Source: Dehalococcoidia bacterium (GTDB taxonomy: Bacteria; Chloroflexota; Dehalococcoidia; Lucifugimonadales; UBA3495). From it: a stretch of DNA of 64,000 nucleotides. Position numbers and translations under genes: made by a program. Positions 1 to 9,642 of the stretch are shown here, in pieces (position 1 is the first letter of the stretch; each line of letters opens with the position of its first letter). The notes below the pieces were generated by a model. The model ran no database searches, had not been told where the DNA came from, and worked only from the letters and a program-made list of their open reading frames with translations. The stretch spans positions 156,930-220,929 of the forward strand of contig CBDCQN010000001.1 of NCBI GenBank assembly GCA_965220625.1, in the 5' to 3' direction.

Positions 1-901
1 GCGGCATCACCGGGGCCACGTCGACCAAGCCGGTGGTGTAGGCCGCCGCAAGCACATGCTCGTCGCCTTGGGAAAAAGCGTCCTGTCTGATCACCGCGAT
101 GCGAAGCTCATCCAGGAAGGGCAGGCCGTCTTCGAAGTAGTCGTGGTTGCGTAGCAGCACGGTGCCCTTGCCGGGCTCCGACGACTCCCAGGTCCAAGGG
201 CCCGTCCCGATCACCGGGCTGTCTTTGAGGTCGCCGTACCGTTCCACCACCTCTGGAGCTACGATCTTGCTGTGCCCGTCAGCCAAGGCCACCAAGACAT
301 CGGCGTCGGCGATGGCCAGGTCCACCCGCAGGGTCCGGTCGTCCAGCGCGGTGATGGCCCCCAACGACGACAGCAGCGCCGCGTTGGGCCACCCCGGAGT
401 ACGCATACGATCGTAGCTAAAGACCAGGTCGGCGGCCACCAAGGGCCGTCCATACAAGGGCGCTATATCCTGCCAGCGGACGTCGGGCCGCAGCTTGAAC
501 TCGTAGACGAGATCTCTGGTCAGCTCCCAGCTTTCGCACAGGTCGCATTCCAGCAACAGGTGGGGCTGCTCCAGGTCCTCTCCGGAGCGCAGCCGCAACA
601 GCCGGCTGTAGGCCATGCCCGGACCCAATGCCGCCAAAGACTGTTGGACTTCTTGATGGACGTCCCGGTGAAGAACGTCCGCGGTGGCGGCCACTGTAAG
701 CGAGCCGCCGTTGGTCCCTTGGGGAGACGGAAACACGACCGGGGTGGGGGTGGGCGCCGGCGTGGCAGTCGGGGGCGCCGGCGTGGGGGTGGGCGACGGT
801 GTCGCCGTGGGTGTCGGCGCCGCTTGGCACGCCGCCAGCAAGCATAGCAAGGCCGCCAGCGCCGCCAAGTAGAAGACTCGTGTGGTCCGAAGGAGTTTCA
901 T
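1..901 (-). CDS. ABC-transporter substrate-binding lipoprotein, family 5 (peptide/nickel type), 3'-partial at window edge
   Basis: Hand translation from ATG (901-899, minus) gives MKLLRTTRVFYLAALAALLCLLAACQAAPTPTATPSPTPTP. That is a signal peptide with an LLAAC lipobox and a Pro/Thr linker, followed by an SBP-5-like core (GTGPWTWESSEPGKGTVLLRNHDYFEDGLPFLDEL). The frame stays open to position 1. It is missing from the ORF track because it runs off the edge. Confidence 0.7.
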   Translation of the reverse strand, partial: MKLLRTTRVFYLAALAALLCLLAACQAAPTPTATPSPTPTPAPPTATPAPTPTPVVFPSPQGTNGGSLTVAATADVLHRDVHQEVQQSLAALGPGMAYSRLLRLRSGEDLEQPHLLLECDLCESWELTRDLVYEFKLRPDVRWQDIAPLYGRPLVAADLVFSYDRMRTPGWPNAALLSSLGAITALDDRTLRVDLAIADADVLVALADGHSKIVAPEVVERYGDLKDSPVIGTGPWTWESSEPGKGTVLLRNHDYFEDGLPFLDELRIAVIRQDAFSQGDEHVLAAAYTTGLVDVAPVMP

Positions 902-1172
902 TATCAACCCGTCCCCATCACCCCGCATCACCTTGAATTATAGAGGCCTGGACCGGGAGTTTAAACGATGATGGCTGCGAGAACCGGCGGTTTTTCGTCC
1001 TGGGGTTTTTCGATTAGAATCTCCCTCCATCGCCGGTAATCGAATCTCGGGTGTATCATACGGTTGCGGCCCAGAAGCATTCGCCCGAGTTTATGCGCTT
1101 GGACCATTAGCCCGAAATACCCGCCGGAAGTATGGCCCTGAACCAACTGCCTGAATTATTCGGAGGAACACC

Positions 1173-1688
1173 GTGACGCTTAACCGGTTTATTGAAGACG
1201 CATTCCAAAAGGAGCATGAGTCCCTCATGGACGCTCTCAGCGGCCTCACCTCCGAGGAACAGGCCTGGCGGGCCGGTCCCGACGCCAATTCCATCACCTG
1301 GATTCTGTGGCACATGCTCCGCGTCGAAGACATGTGGTTCCAGTTCTTCATCCAGCGCAAAAGCGAAATCTGGGAGAGGGACGGCTGGAACGAGAAGTTC
1401 GGCCTGCCCACCCGCGACAACGGCTTCGGCCACACGTCCGAGCAGGTGGCCGCTTTCCCCACCCTGGACCTGGCCGAGTTGATCGGCTACGGCGACGCCG
1501 TTCGCGCTGAGACCCTGGACTACCTCTGCGGCGTCACTCAGGAGGAGTTCGAGCGGGTCCCCCGCGAGCAGCGCCCCGAGATGTCGGTGGCGGCCATCTT
1601 CCGCCAGGTCATCGGCGAGGTCTACCAGCACCAAGGCCACATAGCCTACCTAAAAGGCCTCCTCCGCTCGGGGTCGGGGACCGGTTAA
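1173..1688 (+). CDS. DinB-family (DinB_2-like) metal-dependent protein
   Basis: 171 aa. A GGAGG sits 6 nt upstream of the GTG start. Helical-bundle DinB pattern with spaced His residues (WILWHMLRVED ... VYQHQGHIAYL). Confidence 0.7.
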   Translation: MTLNRFIEDAFQKEHESLMDALSGLTSEEQAWRAGPDANSITWILWHMLRVEDMWFQFFIQRKSEIWERDGWNEKFGLPTRDNGFGHTSEQVAAFPTLDLAELIGYGDAVRAETLDYLCGVTQEEFERVPREQRPEMSVAAIFRQVIGEVYQHQGHIAYLKGLLRSGSGTG

Positions 1689-1775
1689 ACGCAGAGAGCG
1701 CCGAGACCACAGAGTTCTTTGAGGTTTCCTGAAATCCTCTGCGCTCTCTGCGGTAAATAACATTCTGGAGGCACC

Positions 1776-2834
1776 ATGGCCGATAGCCTGATTACGCCTG
1801 AGGTCCTGGCCCTTGTCGGGACCGAGACCCCGCCGGAACGCAACCGCTTTCCCATCAGCGAGGAGATGGCCTTTGACGTCGCAGACGCCATCGAAGACGC
1901 CAATCCCCTCTACGTGGACCGCACGGCGGCGGAGGCCAGCCGGTTCCACGGCCTCCTCTGCCCGCCCTTGGCCACCTGGAAAGACATCGCGCCGCCCATC
2001 GGCTACTTCGGCGCGGGCCAGGAGTCCCACTTCGAGGTGCCCCTCCCTTTCAACAGCTACGGCCTGAACGGCGGCAGCGACTGGCAGTTCCTGCGTCCTC
2101 CTTACGTTGGAGACTGGGTCACCCGCCAGTTCCGCATCCTGGACATCTACCAGAAGCAGGGCCGCTCCGGCCCGTTGGTGTTCGTCGAGCGGCTGGAGAC
2201 CCAGACCAACCAGAACGGCCACGTCATGTCATTGGCCCGCCGCACCAGCATCCACCGCTCGCGGCCCCCGGAGCAGGAGGTGGTCAACAGCCAGGAGGAC
2301 CTGCGCCGGGTAAACATCTCCCCTCCGGGCCCAGGCGAGGCGGTGGCCCGTCCCCGGCCCTCCTCCCGCCCCCAACTGCGCTTCGAGGACGCCGCGGTGG
2401 GCATGGAGCTGGAGCCCGTGGTGAAGGGCCCTCTCACCACCACCCACCTCGTGCGCTGGGCCGCCGCCAACGGCAACTACGCCCGCATCCACTGGGACTT
2501 CCCCTTTGCCCAGACCCATCAGGGCCTGGAGAACGTGGTGGTCAACGGCTCCCTCAAGAACCAATACCTGGGCCAGTTGCTGATCGATTTCGCCGGCGCA
2601 GAAGGCTGGTTCAGGCGCTTCTACGTGGAACACCGGGGCATGGACTACCCCGGCGACGTCCTGACCGCCTCCGGGCGCGTTACCGCCGTCCGTCAAGACG
2701 GCGACTATGGCCTCGTGGACTGCGAGGTCGCCCTCCGCAACAGCCGCGGCCACGAGACCGCCTCCGGTCGCGCCACCGTGGTCCTCCCCCGCCTCGGGCA
2801 GCAGCTACCCCTGATCTGGCCCGCCGAGGACTAG
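1776..2834 (+). CDS. Double hot-dog fold MaoC-like (R)-hydratase/dehydratase (fused N- and C-terminal MaoC domains)
   Basis: 352 aa with GGAGG before the ATG. The N-terminal half resembles MaoC_dehydrat_N (DANPLYVD, GLLCPPL). The C-terminal half is MaoC-like (RIHWDFPFAQ, GDVLTASGRV), joined by a Pro-rich linker. Confidence 0.65.
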   Translation: MADSLITPEVLALVGTETPPERNRFPISEEMAFDVADAIEDANPLYVDRTAAEASRFHGLLCPPLATWKDIAPPIGYFGAGQESHFEVPLPFNSYGLNGGSDWQFLRPPYVGDWVTRQFRILDIYQKQGRSGPLVFVERLETQTNQNGHVMSLARRTSIHRSRPPEQEVVNSQEDLRRVNISPPGPGEAVARPRPSSRPQLRFEDAAVGMELEPVVKGPLTTTHLVRWAAANGNYARIHWDFPFAQTHQGLENVVVNGSLKNQYLGQLLIDFAGAEGWFRRFYVEHRGMDYPGDVLTASGRVTAVRQDGDYGLVDCEVALRNSRGHETASGRATVVLPRLGQQLPLIWPAED

Positions 2835-2873
2835 ACTCCGCCCGCCTGTGCGAGCCGAAACGCCGCCGTCCGG

Positions 2874-4085
2874 CTAGAGCCAGGGCATTCTCTTGGAGCG
2901 GTCTTTCTGGGAGGTGGCCGCGGCGATTCCCTGCCTTGCCAAGGAGTCGGTCAACATCCGCCGGAAGGCCCTGCGGTCGGAGCCAGTGACCACCGCCTGT
3001 TCGTGGGACTCCGATATCGCCACTGGGTACCCCTGTCCCCGCTGGCACTGGTCCCAGAGCAGCCCATGGGTCAGGGACAGCAGTCCCTCGTCATGGGCGA
3101 CCCAAGCCGGCACCTCGACGCGTCCGATCTCCTCTCCCGCATTCAGATAGAAGAAATAGACCTGCTGGGCTTCGCCGTAATAGTCGCGAGGCACCGACGA
3201 ATTGGTCTGGTACACGGGAGAGCGCCAGCCGGGTTGCAGCAGGACCTCGAACAGGTCCCGGTCCAGGAAGTCATCAGCTTGGGAACACGGCCCCAGAGCG
3301 GACCGGCGGTTGTTGCATGATTTGACGCAGACGCTCTGGGTATGGGGGCACAAAACGCAGCGTACGGCGTTCACTACCTCGGTGCTGCGAGGATAAGAAA
3401 CGTAAGCGGCGGTGGCCACGGCGCGCCGGGCAGCCACGGCCTCGAGCCGCTCCAAGGCCGGCAGTAGCCCATCCCGGATGATGGCGTCCCTCACGAAGGG
3501 GCGGTACCCTTGGCCCGACAGTCCCCAAAGGACCAGCGAGCCGTCTACCAGCGCCAACACCGGGTTGTCCCCTTCCAACACCTCGACGGTGTCCGCCAGG
3601 GTTTCCAACTCCTTGACGGTGCGGACCAGGCCCAGCAACGGCCCGCTCACAGTTTCCTCTCCGTTCGGATTCCGGGAGTCGACTATATAAAGGTCCGGCG
3701 GCTCGGAATGCAGGCTGGCCCGGCTGAAGAAATCGGCCCGGGCATCGGCGCCGTAGGTCAGGACACAACCGCCGAAGTTGAGCAGGAAGCAGTGCACCGG
3801 CAGATGGCGGTCAACGTCGATATGGGAGCCGTCCACCGCTGCCACGGACCACGCCGGTGGAAGGTCCGGCGGCTGGTACGCGCCCAACAGTGCGCCGGTC
3901 ACCCGGGCCGCCAGGAAGGGCCGTTCCGGCGGACCGGCGGTGCGTTTCGCGGCTTCCGCGTTCGATATACCGGCCGCAGCCTCAAGCAAAGACGAAAGCC
4001 TCGTTTCCCTGGCTCCGGCGGCTTCCCGCACCGACTGGGAAAGATGGTCAAACTGCTGGACTATCTCGACCAGGTCCAGCGGCAC
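2874..4085 (-). CDS. NurA-domain nuclease-like protein (orphan, no HerA nearby)
   Basis: 403 aa. NurA-type motifs AAVDGSHIDVD, LALVDGSLVLWGL and GYPVAISESHEQAVV. The GTG start lies 4 nt after the selB stop, with GAGG inside the selB 3' end. Confidence 0.55.
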   Translation of the reverse strand: MPLDLVEIVQQFDHLSQSVREAAGARETRLSSLLEAAAGISNAEAAKRTAGPPERPFLAARVTGALLGAYQPPDLPPAWSVAAVDGSHIDVDRHLPVHCFLLNFGGCVLTYGADARADFFSRASLHSEPPDLYIVDSRNPNGEETVSGPLLGLVRTVKELETLADTVEVLEGDNPVLALVDGSLVLWGLSGQGYRPFVRDAIIRDGLLPALERLEAVAARRAVATAAYVSYPRSTEVVNAVRCVLCPHTQSVCVKSCNNRRSALGPCSQADDFLDRDLFEVLLQPGWRSPVYQTNSSVPRDYYGEAQQVYFFYLNAGEEIGRVEVPAWVAHDEGLLSLTHGLLWDQCQRGQGYPVAISESHEQAVVTGSDRRAFRRMLTDSLARQGIAAATSQKDRSKRMPWL

Positions 4086-4089
4086 TACG

Positions 4090-5955
4090 CTACCTCAAGA
4101 CCCGCTCGTCACCGGAGCGGCGGGTAATTTGTTGCTGGTCCATATATTCGAGTAGGGGGAGGACGTACTTGCGGCTGGTGTCGAACATCGTCCGGGCCTC
4201 GCCCACAGTGATGCTGCCCTCGCTCTTCAGGTGCTCCACTATCCGGCGGGTCATTTCCTGATAGGCGGCGGCGGCGAACACCACCGCGTCCGTCACTCGC
4301 ACCACCAGACCTTGGTCGATCAGCACTCCCAACAGTTCCGGGTCCAGCGGCTGGTCGCCCGGCGGGGAATAGGGATTGCTGTCGAGGGCTCCCAGGTATC
4401 GTCCGGTCTGCCGCTCCATCTCGGGGGTCAAGGTAACCTCGTGCTCCGGCAATCGCACCGATTGGCGTTCCTCAACCAGGGACCCTTGGTCTTCCAGCAT
4501 CGAGAGAACTCGCTGGTAGACCGGTTGCGAGAGGCCCAGCCGGCTACGGAGTTCCGGCGCCGGGGCCCCGCGCCGCAGGGGGTACTGGTTGTGGTAGGTG
4601 CGGAGGATGGTAAAGGACCTGCTCTTCAGCACCTGCCAGCCTTGGGACGAGTAGACCACCGCGTCGGCGTCAGTGCCCATAGAGCCCAGCATCACCAGCT
4701 GGCCGTCGTCGACCAACCGCCTCACCCGCTCCAAGACCTCATCCAAGGGCAGGTTGGCCCGCCGGGACAGGGTCGTCAGATCGCAGGGTCCGGCCTGCTC
4801 GGCCACGCTGACGATCACGTCCTCCCCGGTGCCTTGGTCCAGTGTCATCAGCCGTTCTACAATGTCGACGTCGAACCGCCGGTAGCGGCGCCTCGGCTTG
4901 GGGTCCACGACTTGGCCGCCACCCAATGTGTCTTCGGCGGACCGGAGGACGAAGAAGTCCCCCTTCACCGCCGGCAGGGGCTCCGCCAGCAGGATTTGCA
5001 CCCACCCTTCCTCGCCGGCGGACAACCGGTCGGCGTCCAAGAGCCTTACCCGGGCAGACGATTCGCTGGTAAACAGGTGAAAGGTCACGCCTTCATTGTG
5101 TTTCAGGGGGTGGGGAGCCCCTTTCACCATCCGGAGGTGGGCGTCAATGCGATAGGTGGGGTCCAGCCAACCCGGTGAGGTGAGAATCTCCCCACGCTCC
5201 ACTTCGTCCCGGGAGAGGCCGGAGAGATTAACGGCCAAGCGCACGCCGGGGCCGGTGCTGTCCACCTTTGTCTTGTGCGTCTGCAGGCCGCGAACCCGGG
5301 CCCGCTGCCCCGAACCCGCCAGCGCAACCTCCTGCCCGACTGCCAGGGAGCCGTCGATGAGAGTGCCGGTGACGACGGTGCCGAAGCCGGAAATGGTGAA
5401 GCAACGATCGATGGGGAGCCGGGGACGGCCCAGATCGCGGCGGGCTTCGGTCTCGTCCAAGACCGAGTCGATAGCGGACTTCAGTTCCTCCAACCCCTCG
5501 CCGGTATAGGCCGACACGCCGATCATGGGGCAACCCTCGAAGGACGTCCCCCTTAGCGTGTCCTCGACCTCCGCCTTGACCAGTTCCACCAGCTCTTCGT
5601 CCACCAGGTCGGCCTTGGTAACGACCACCAGGCCGCGGGTGATCTGCAGGATGTCCAGGATGGCGAGGTGTTCCCGGGTTTGGGGCATGACGCTTTCGTC
5701 GGCGGCCACGATGAGCATTGCCAGGTCGATGGCCCCAACCCCGGCCAGCATGTTCTTGATGAACCGCTCGTGGCCCGGCACGTCGACAATGCTGACCTCG
5801 CGGCCGCTGGGCAGCGTCATCCAAGCGAAACCCAGGTCGACGGTCATCTCCCGCTCCTTCTCTTCGGGGAGACGGTCGGGATCGATGTCGGTCAGGGCCT
5901 TCACCAAGGTCGATTTGCCGTGATCGACGTGTCCGGCAGTGCCTATGACGTACAT
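4090..5955 (-). CDS. selB: Selenocysteine-specific translation elongation factor SelB
   Basis: 621 aa. N-terminal GTPase (GTAGHVDHGKSTL, DVPGHERF, TKADL) followed by long winged-helix C-terminal domains typical of bacterial SelB. Confidence 0.9.
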   Translation of the reverse strand: MYVIGTAGHVDHGKSTLVKALTDIDPDRLPEEKEREMTVDLGFAWMTLPSGREVSIVDVPGHERFIKNMLAGVGAIDLAMLIVAADESVMPQTREHLAILDILQITRGLVVVTKADLVDEELVELVKAEVEDTLRGTSFEGCPMIGVSAYTGEGLEELKSAIDSVLDETEARRDLGRPRLPIDRCFTISGFGTVVTGTLIDGSLAVGQEVALAGSGQRARVRGLQTHKTKVDSTGPGVRLAVNLSGLSRDEVERGEILTSPGWLDPTYRIDAHLRMVKGAPHPLKHNEGVTFHLFTSESSARVRLLDADRLSAGEEGWVQILLAEPLPAVKGDFFVLRSAEDTLGGGQVVDPKPRRRYRRFDVDIVERLMTLDQGTGEDVIVSVAEQAGPCDLTTLSRRANLPLDEVLERVRRLVDDGQLVMLGSMGTDADAVVYSSQGWQVLKSRSFTILRTYHNQYPLRRGAPAPELRSRLGLSQPVYQRVLSMLEDQGSLVEERQSVRLPEHEVTLTPEMERQTGRYLGALDSNPYSPPGDQPLDPELLGVLIDQGLVVRVTDAVVFAAAAYQEMTRRIVEHLKSEGSITVGEARTMFDTSRKYVLPLLEYMDQQQITRRSGDERVLR

Positions 5956-6000
5956 TGACTGATCCGGCCCAAAGGTTGGTCAGGCTATCCAGGCCGCTCT

Positions 6001-6819
6001 CTAGTAGTAGACCGCTGTGCCGGTACCCCCACCGGCGGCGATAACCTCGCCGGTGACCGCCCAGGCCTTGTCCGAAGCCAGGTATGCGGTGAGGTAGGCG
6101 ATTTCCTCGGAGTCCACCATGCGGCATATGGCGTTGCCCCCGGGCGAGTCGGGGGCGAAGTCTTTAGACTCTATCTCCTCGGCCGTTATCCCCAGCTGGG
6201 CCGCCCTGGCCTCCAGCATTCCGGGAGTGCGTTCGGTGCGTGTGGTGCCGGGGTGGATGCAATTGACCGTGATGCCGAACCGGCCCATCTGGTTGGAGAG
6301 AGTCTTGGTCAGATGGACCATGGCGACGTTGCGCGCCCCGCCGCTGAGGTTGCCGGCGGTACGGCCGTTGCCTCCGCTGATGTTGACTATGCGGCCCCAG
6401 CCATGCTCCTTCATGAAGGGAATCGCGGCGCGGGCGCAGCGAAGGGCCCCTGCATACTTGACGTCGAAGTCGTTGATCAAATCGTCTTCGTTGACGGTGT
6501 CAATGGGACCGACGGCCGATGCCGAGCCGCCGGGCAGAGAAGCGCTGTTGACCAGGATGTGCAGGCCGCCCATGCGTTCGGCGGCTGCGGCCACCACCCG
6601 GTCGACCTGTGCCCGGTCGGTTACATCCACCGCCATGGCGGTGACGGACTGCCCGGTCTCCTCAGCTATCTCTTGGGCCGACCTCTCCAACTCCTCGAGA
6701 GTGCGCGAAACGATCACCACGTCGGCCCCTTCCCGGGCCAGCTCCCTTGCAATGGCCTTGCCGATGCCCCGGCCGCCGCCCGCAACCAGAGATTTCTTGC
6801 CAGCGAGTCCCAAGTCCAT
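6001..6819 (-). CDS. SDR-family oxidoreductase
   Basis: 272 aa. Rossmann motif VAGGGRGIGKAIA and a classical SDR length and layout. Confidence 0.85.
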   Translation of the reverse strand: MDLGLAGKKSLVAGGGRGIGKAIARELAREGADVVIVSRTLEELERSAQEIAEETGQSVTAMAVDVTDRAQVDRVVAAAAERMGGLHILVNSASLPGGSASAVGPIDTVNEDDLINDFDVKYAGALRCARAAIPFMKEHGWGRIVNISGGNGRTAGNLSGGARNVAMVHLTKTLSNQMGRFGITVNCIHPGTTRTERTPGMLEARAAQLGITAEEIESKDFAPDSPGGNAICRMVDSEEIAYLTAYLASDKAWAVTGEVIAAGGGTGTAVYY

Positions 6820-6900
6820 ATCTCAGCCGCCTCCTGACGTTCACAAACCAACATTTACTGAACAAGAACTCGTTCAGCCGTTGTATACTGCCACACTCCG

Positions 6901-8811
6901 GTGATAAATTCATCCTACTCACCCAACACTCCGAAACCATACCTGATTTTGTACGACTACGGACTGATAGGCGACATGTCTTCGGCGGCGCTTGTTGGAA
7001 CCGACGGCTCCGTAGACTGGTGTTGCTTTCCGCGGTTCGACTCTCCCAGCGTATTCGCCGCCGTCTTGGACCAAGAGGCCGGGGGCCGTTTCCGGATCAG
7101 CCCCGCCGGCCGGACCCTCGAGGCCCGGCAGGACTACGAGACCGATACCAACATTCTGGACACCACCTTTACAACCGCCGGGGGCGTCGTCCGCGTCACG
7201 GACTTCATGCCTGTCGCCGATCACGACGACATCCCGGAGACACCGCCGCTTTCCCACCACGAAATCCACCGCATCGTTACCTGCCTCTCCGGGGAGGTCG
7301 AACTGCGCTGCGATTTTCAGCCGAGACCCGACTACGCCCGCGCCTCGCCGGAATTTCGCCCGCTGCGCGGCGACCCGGGCGGCGGGGTGGTCCTCGCTCG
7401 CGGAGGCCGGCAAACCCTGACCCTCCTGGCCAGCGTCCCCCTTGAGATTGACGACCGGGGGGCCAACAGCCAAGCGGTCAACTGCGCCTTCACCCTGTCC
7501 CAAGGCCAGACCGCGACCTTTGTCCTGGCGTACGGCCACCGCCGTCCCGCAAGCCTCAACCGGTACCATACCGCCGAGAAACTCGACCACACGCGGCGCT
7601 ACTGGCTGGAAATGGTAGCCCGAATGAACTACGACGGCCTGTGGCGGGACACGGTGGTCCGCTCCTTCCTGGTCCTTCATCTCATGATGTACCAGCGCAC
7701 CGGGGCCATCGTCGCCGCGCCCACGACCAGCCTGCCTGAGACCATCGGAGGCTCCCGCAACTGGGACTACCGGTTTTCCTGGCTGCGCGACGCCAGCTTC
7801 ACCGTGGACGTCCTCTACCGATTGGGTAACGTTTACGGCGCCGGCCACTACATAGACTGGCTGCTGGAAAAGTGCCAACTGGACCATCGCAAGACACGCA
7901 TCGTGTATGGGGTCAGCCCCAACTCGTCACTCAAAGAATACACGCTCGACCATCTGCGAGGATACGAGGGGTCCAGCCCGGTACGCGTTGGCAACGCCGC
8001 CGACGCGCACCTTCAACTCGACGTCTTCGGAGAAGTCATCCTTTGCATCCACTCCCTGTTCCTGCTTCAAGGAGGGATAGCGGCTGAAGCCTGGGAACTG
8101 GTGCACGCTATGGCCGAAGCCGTTATGGCCAACTGGCAGCGGAAGGACCGGGGTGTTTGGGAAGTCCGAGGCGACGAGCAGCACTTCGTGTATTCCAAGG
8201 TAATGTGCTGGTGCGCCCTGGACCGGGCCGCCGATATCGCCGCCGCCACGGGAAACCGGCAAACGTCGCGCCGCTGGGCTCGGACCGCAGCCCGGATAAA
8301 GTCCGAAATACTGGACTTGGGATGGAGCTCGGAAAAGCAGGCGTTCCGCCAACGATACGGCAGCGAAGCTCTGGATGCTTCTAACCTGGTGATACCCTTC
8401 CTGGGCTTGGTCCCGCGCGACGACCCTCGCCTCCGCCAGAACGTGGACGCCATCGAACGAGAACTGACTGACGGCCCGCTGGTATGGCGCTATCTCCCGG
8501 AAGAGACGGACGACGGGCTGGGAGGCCAGCCGGAGGGCGCCTTCATCCTGCTCAGCTTCTGGCTAATCGGGAACCTGATCTACACTGGTCAGACCGACCG
8601 CGCTTTAGACTACTTCCACGAAATGATTACGAGACAGGCCAACCACCTCGGCTTGTTCGCCGAGATGTTCGACCTGGTCTCCAACCGCCAGCTCGGCAAC
8701 TTTCCGCAGGCATATTCCCACATCGGGCTGATTCACACCGCCCTGAACCTCTCCGGATTCATCGCCGATACCCCCACCAGACGCAGGAGACGCACTGGCC
8801 GCTCCCGATAG
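6901..8811 (+). CDS. Glycoside hydrolase family 15 (glucoamylase/trehalase-like)
   Basis: 636 aa. N-terminal YGLIGDMSSAALVGTDGSVDWCCFPRFDSPSVFAA and the (alpha/alpha)6 region RNWDYRFSWLRDASF are characteristic of GH15. Confidence 0.85.
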   Translation: MINSSYSPNTPKPYLILYDYGLIGDMSSAALVGTDGSVDWCCFPRFDSPSVFAAVLDQEAGGRFRISPAGRTLEARQDYETDTNILDTTFTTAGGVVRVTDFMPVADHDDIPETPPLSHHEIHRIVTCLSGEVELRCDFQPRPDYARASPEFRPLRGDPGGGVVLARGGRQTLTLLASVPLEIDDRGANSQAVNCAFTLSQGQTATFVLAYGHRRPASLNRYHTAEKLDHTRRYWLEMVARMNYDGLWRDTVVRSFLVLHLMMYQRTGAIVAAPTTSLPETIGGSRNWDYRFSWLRDASFTVDVLYRLGNVYGAGHYIDWLLEKCQLDHRKTRIVYGVSPNSSLKEYTLDHLRGYEGSSPVRVGNAADAHLQLDVFGEVILCIHSLFLLQGGIAAEAWELVHAMAEAVMANWQRKDRGVWEVRGDEQHFVYSKVMCWCALDRAADIAAATGNRQTSRRWARTAARIKSEILDLGWSSEKQAFRQRYGSEALDASNLVIPFLGLVPRDDPRLRQNVDAIERELTDGPLVWRYLPEETDDGLGGQPEGAFILLSFWLIGNLIYTGQTDRALDYFHEMITRQANHLGLFAEMFDLVSNRQLGNFPQAYSHIGLIHTALNLSGFIADTPTRRRRRTGRSR

Positions 8812-9111
8812 CTAGCTGGCCCCAAGGGGCGCCCGCTCCAGCCAGTCGGTGGCGATCAGTTCGGTGATTCCCCGGTCTATCGTTACATAATAGGTAACGA
8901 TACTATTAGGCGGGAACTCCAGCTTGGTGCCGGCCCAGTCGTCGGTCTGTTGCGGCGCAATGGTGCCGAAGCCGCCTTTGGCGCTTTCCGGCGGCGGCCG
9001 GTGCCCACTGCCGCCCGCCTGCTTGATACGAACACGTTGGTTGACGTCGAATGTATAGAGTCCGGCCATCACCGCCTCCTCGCCCCCATAATATACCAGC
9101 AACGGGTTCAC
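8812..9111 (-). CDS. Hypothetical small protein
   Basis: 99 aa ORF abutting the GH15 stop in convergent orientation. No recognisable motif, and the start is uncertain (an internal MAGLY is possible). Confidence 0.3.
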   Translation of the reverse strand: MNPLLVYYGGEEAVMAGLYTFDVNQRVRIKQAGGSGHRPPPESAKGGFGTIAPQQTDDWAGTKLEFPPNSIVTYYVTIDRGITELIATDWLERAPLGAS

Positions 9112-9246
9112 CGCAGCGAACCCAAGGGCCGCAGGGGATTTCTTTCTAAGTGTTCAGATTCGGTGTGACACGTCCTCCAACCCTGAACACTTACTAGCCG
9201 TCGTCGGAACGGGGGCGTACAATTCGATCATGCAGGAGGAAATCCC

Positions 9247-9636
9247 ATGAGCACCGTCACCGGCATCAACTCTTCCGGCGAGATTCCCCAGTTGGATCTG
9301 TCTCCGGAATCGCTGCCCCTGACGACCAACGAGTTTGGGGTCGTGAGGATCACCGGAACCCGGATAGGATTGGACGTATTGGTTGAAGCTTACCGCTTGC
9401 ATGGACGCACTCCCGACCAGATCGCATACGATTACAGGCTGAAGCTGGGAATCGTGTATACGCTGATAGGCTTCTACCTGCGGCGAAAACCGGAAGTCGA
9501 TGAGTACATAAACGGTTTGTATAGGCACGCAGAAAACACGTTCGCTGAGCTGGAAGCAAAAGGGCTCTCGTCACCCGATTGGGAAGAGCGCCTTCACGCC
9601 CGAGCAAAGGCCGATCAGTCCCGCATCGGGGATTAG
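9247..9636 (+). CDS. DUF433-domain protein (antitoxin-like partner)
   Basis: 129 aa. Core RITGTRIGLDVLVEAYRLHGRTPDQIAYDY...IVYTLIGFYLRRKPEVDEYI matches the DUF433 helix-turn-helix pattern. Lies directly upstream of a DUF5615 gene. Confidence 0.6.
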   Translation: MSTVTGINSSGEIPQLDLSPESLPLTTNEFGVVRITGTRIGLDVLVEAYRLHGRTPDQIAYDYRLKLGIVYTLIGFYLRRKPEVDEYINGLYRHAENTFAELEAKGLSSPDWEERLHARAKADQSRIGD

Positions 9637-9642
9637 GCGCCG

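Noticed and set aside
4090-5955. Searched for a selenoprotein gene (in-frame TGA with a SECIS hairpin), tRNA-Sec, selA or selD near selB.
   Set aside because: No split ORF pair, tRNA-Sec-like long-acceptor tRNA or selA/selD motifs were recognised in this window. Absence here says nothing about the rest of the genome.
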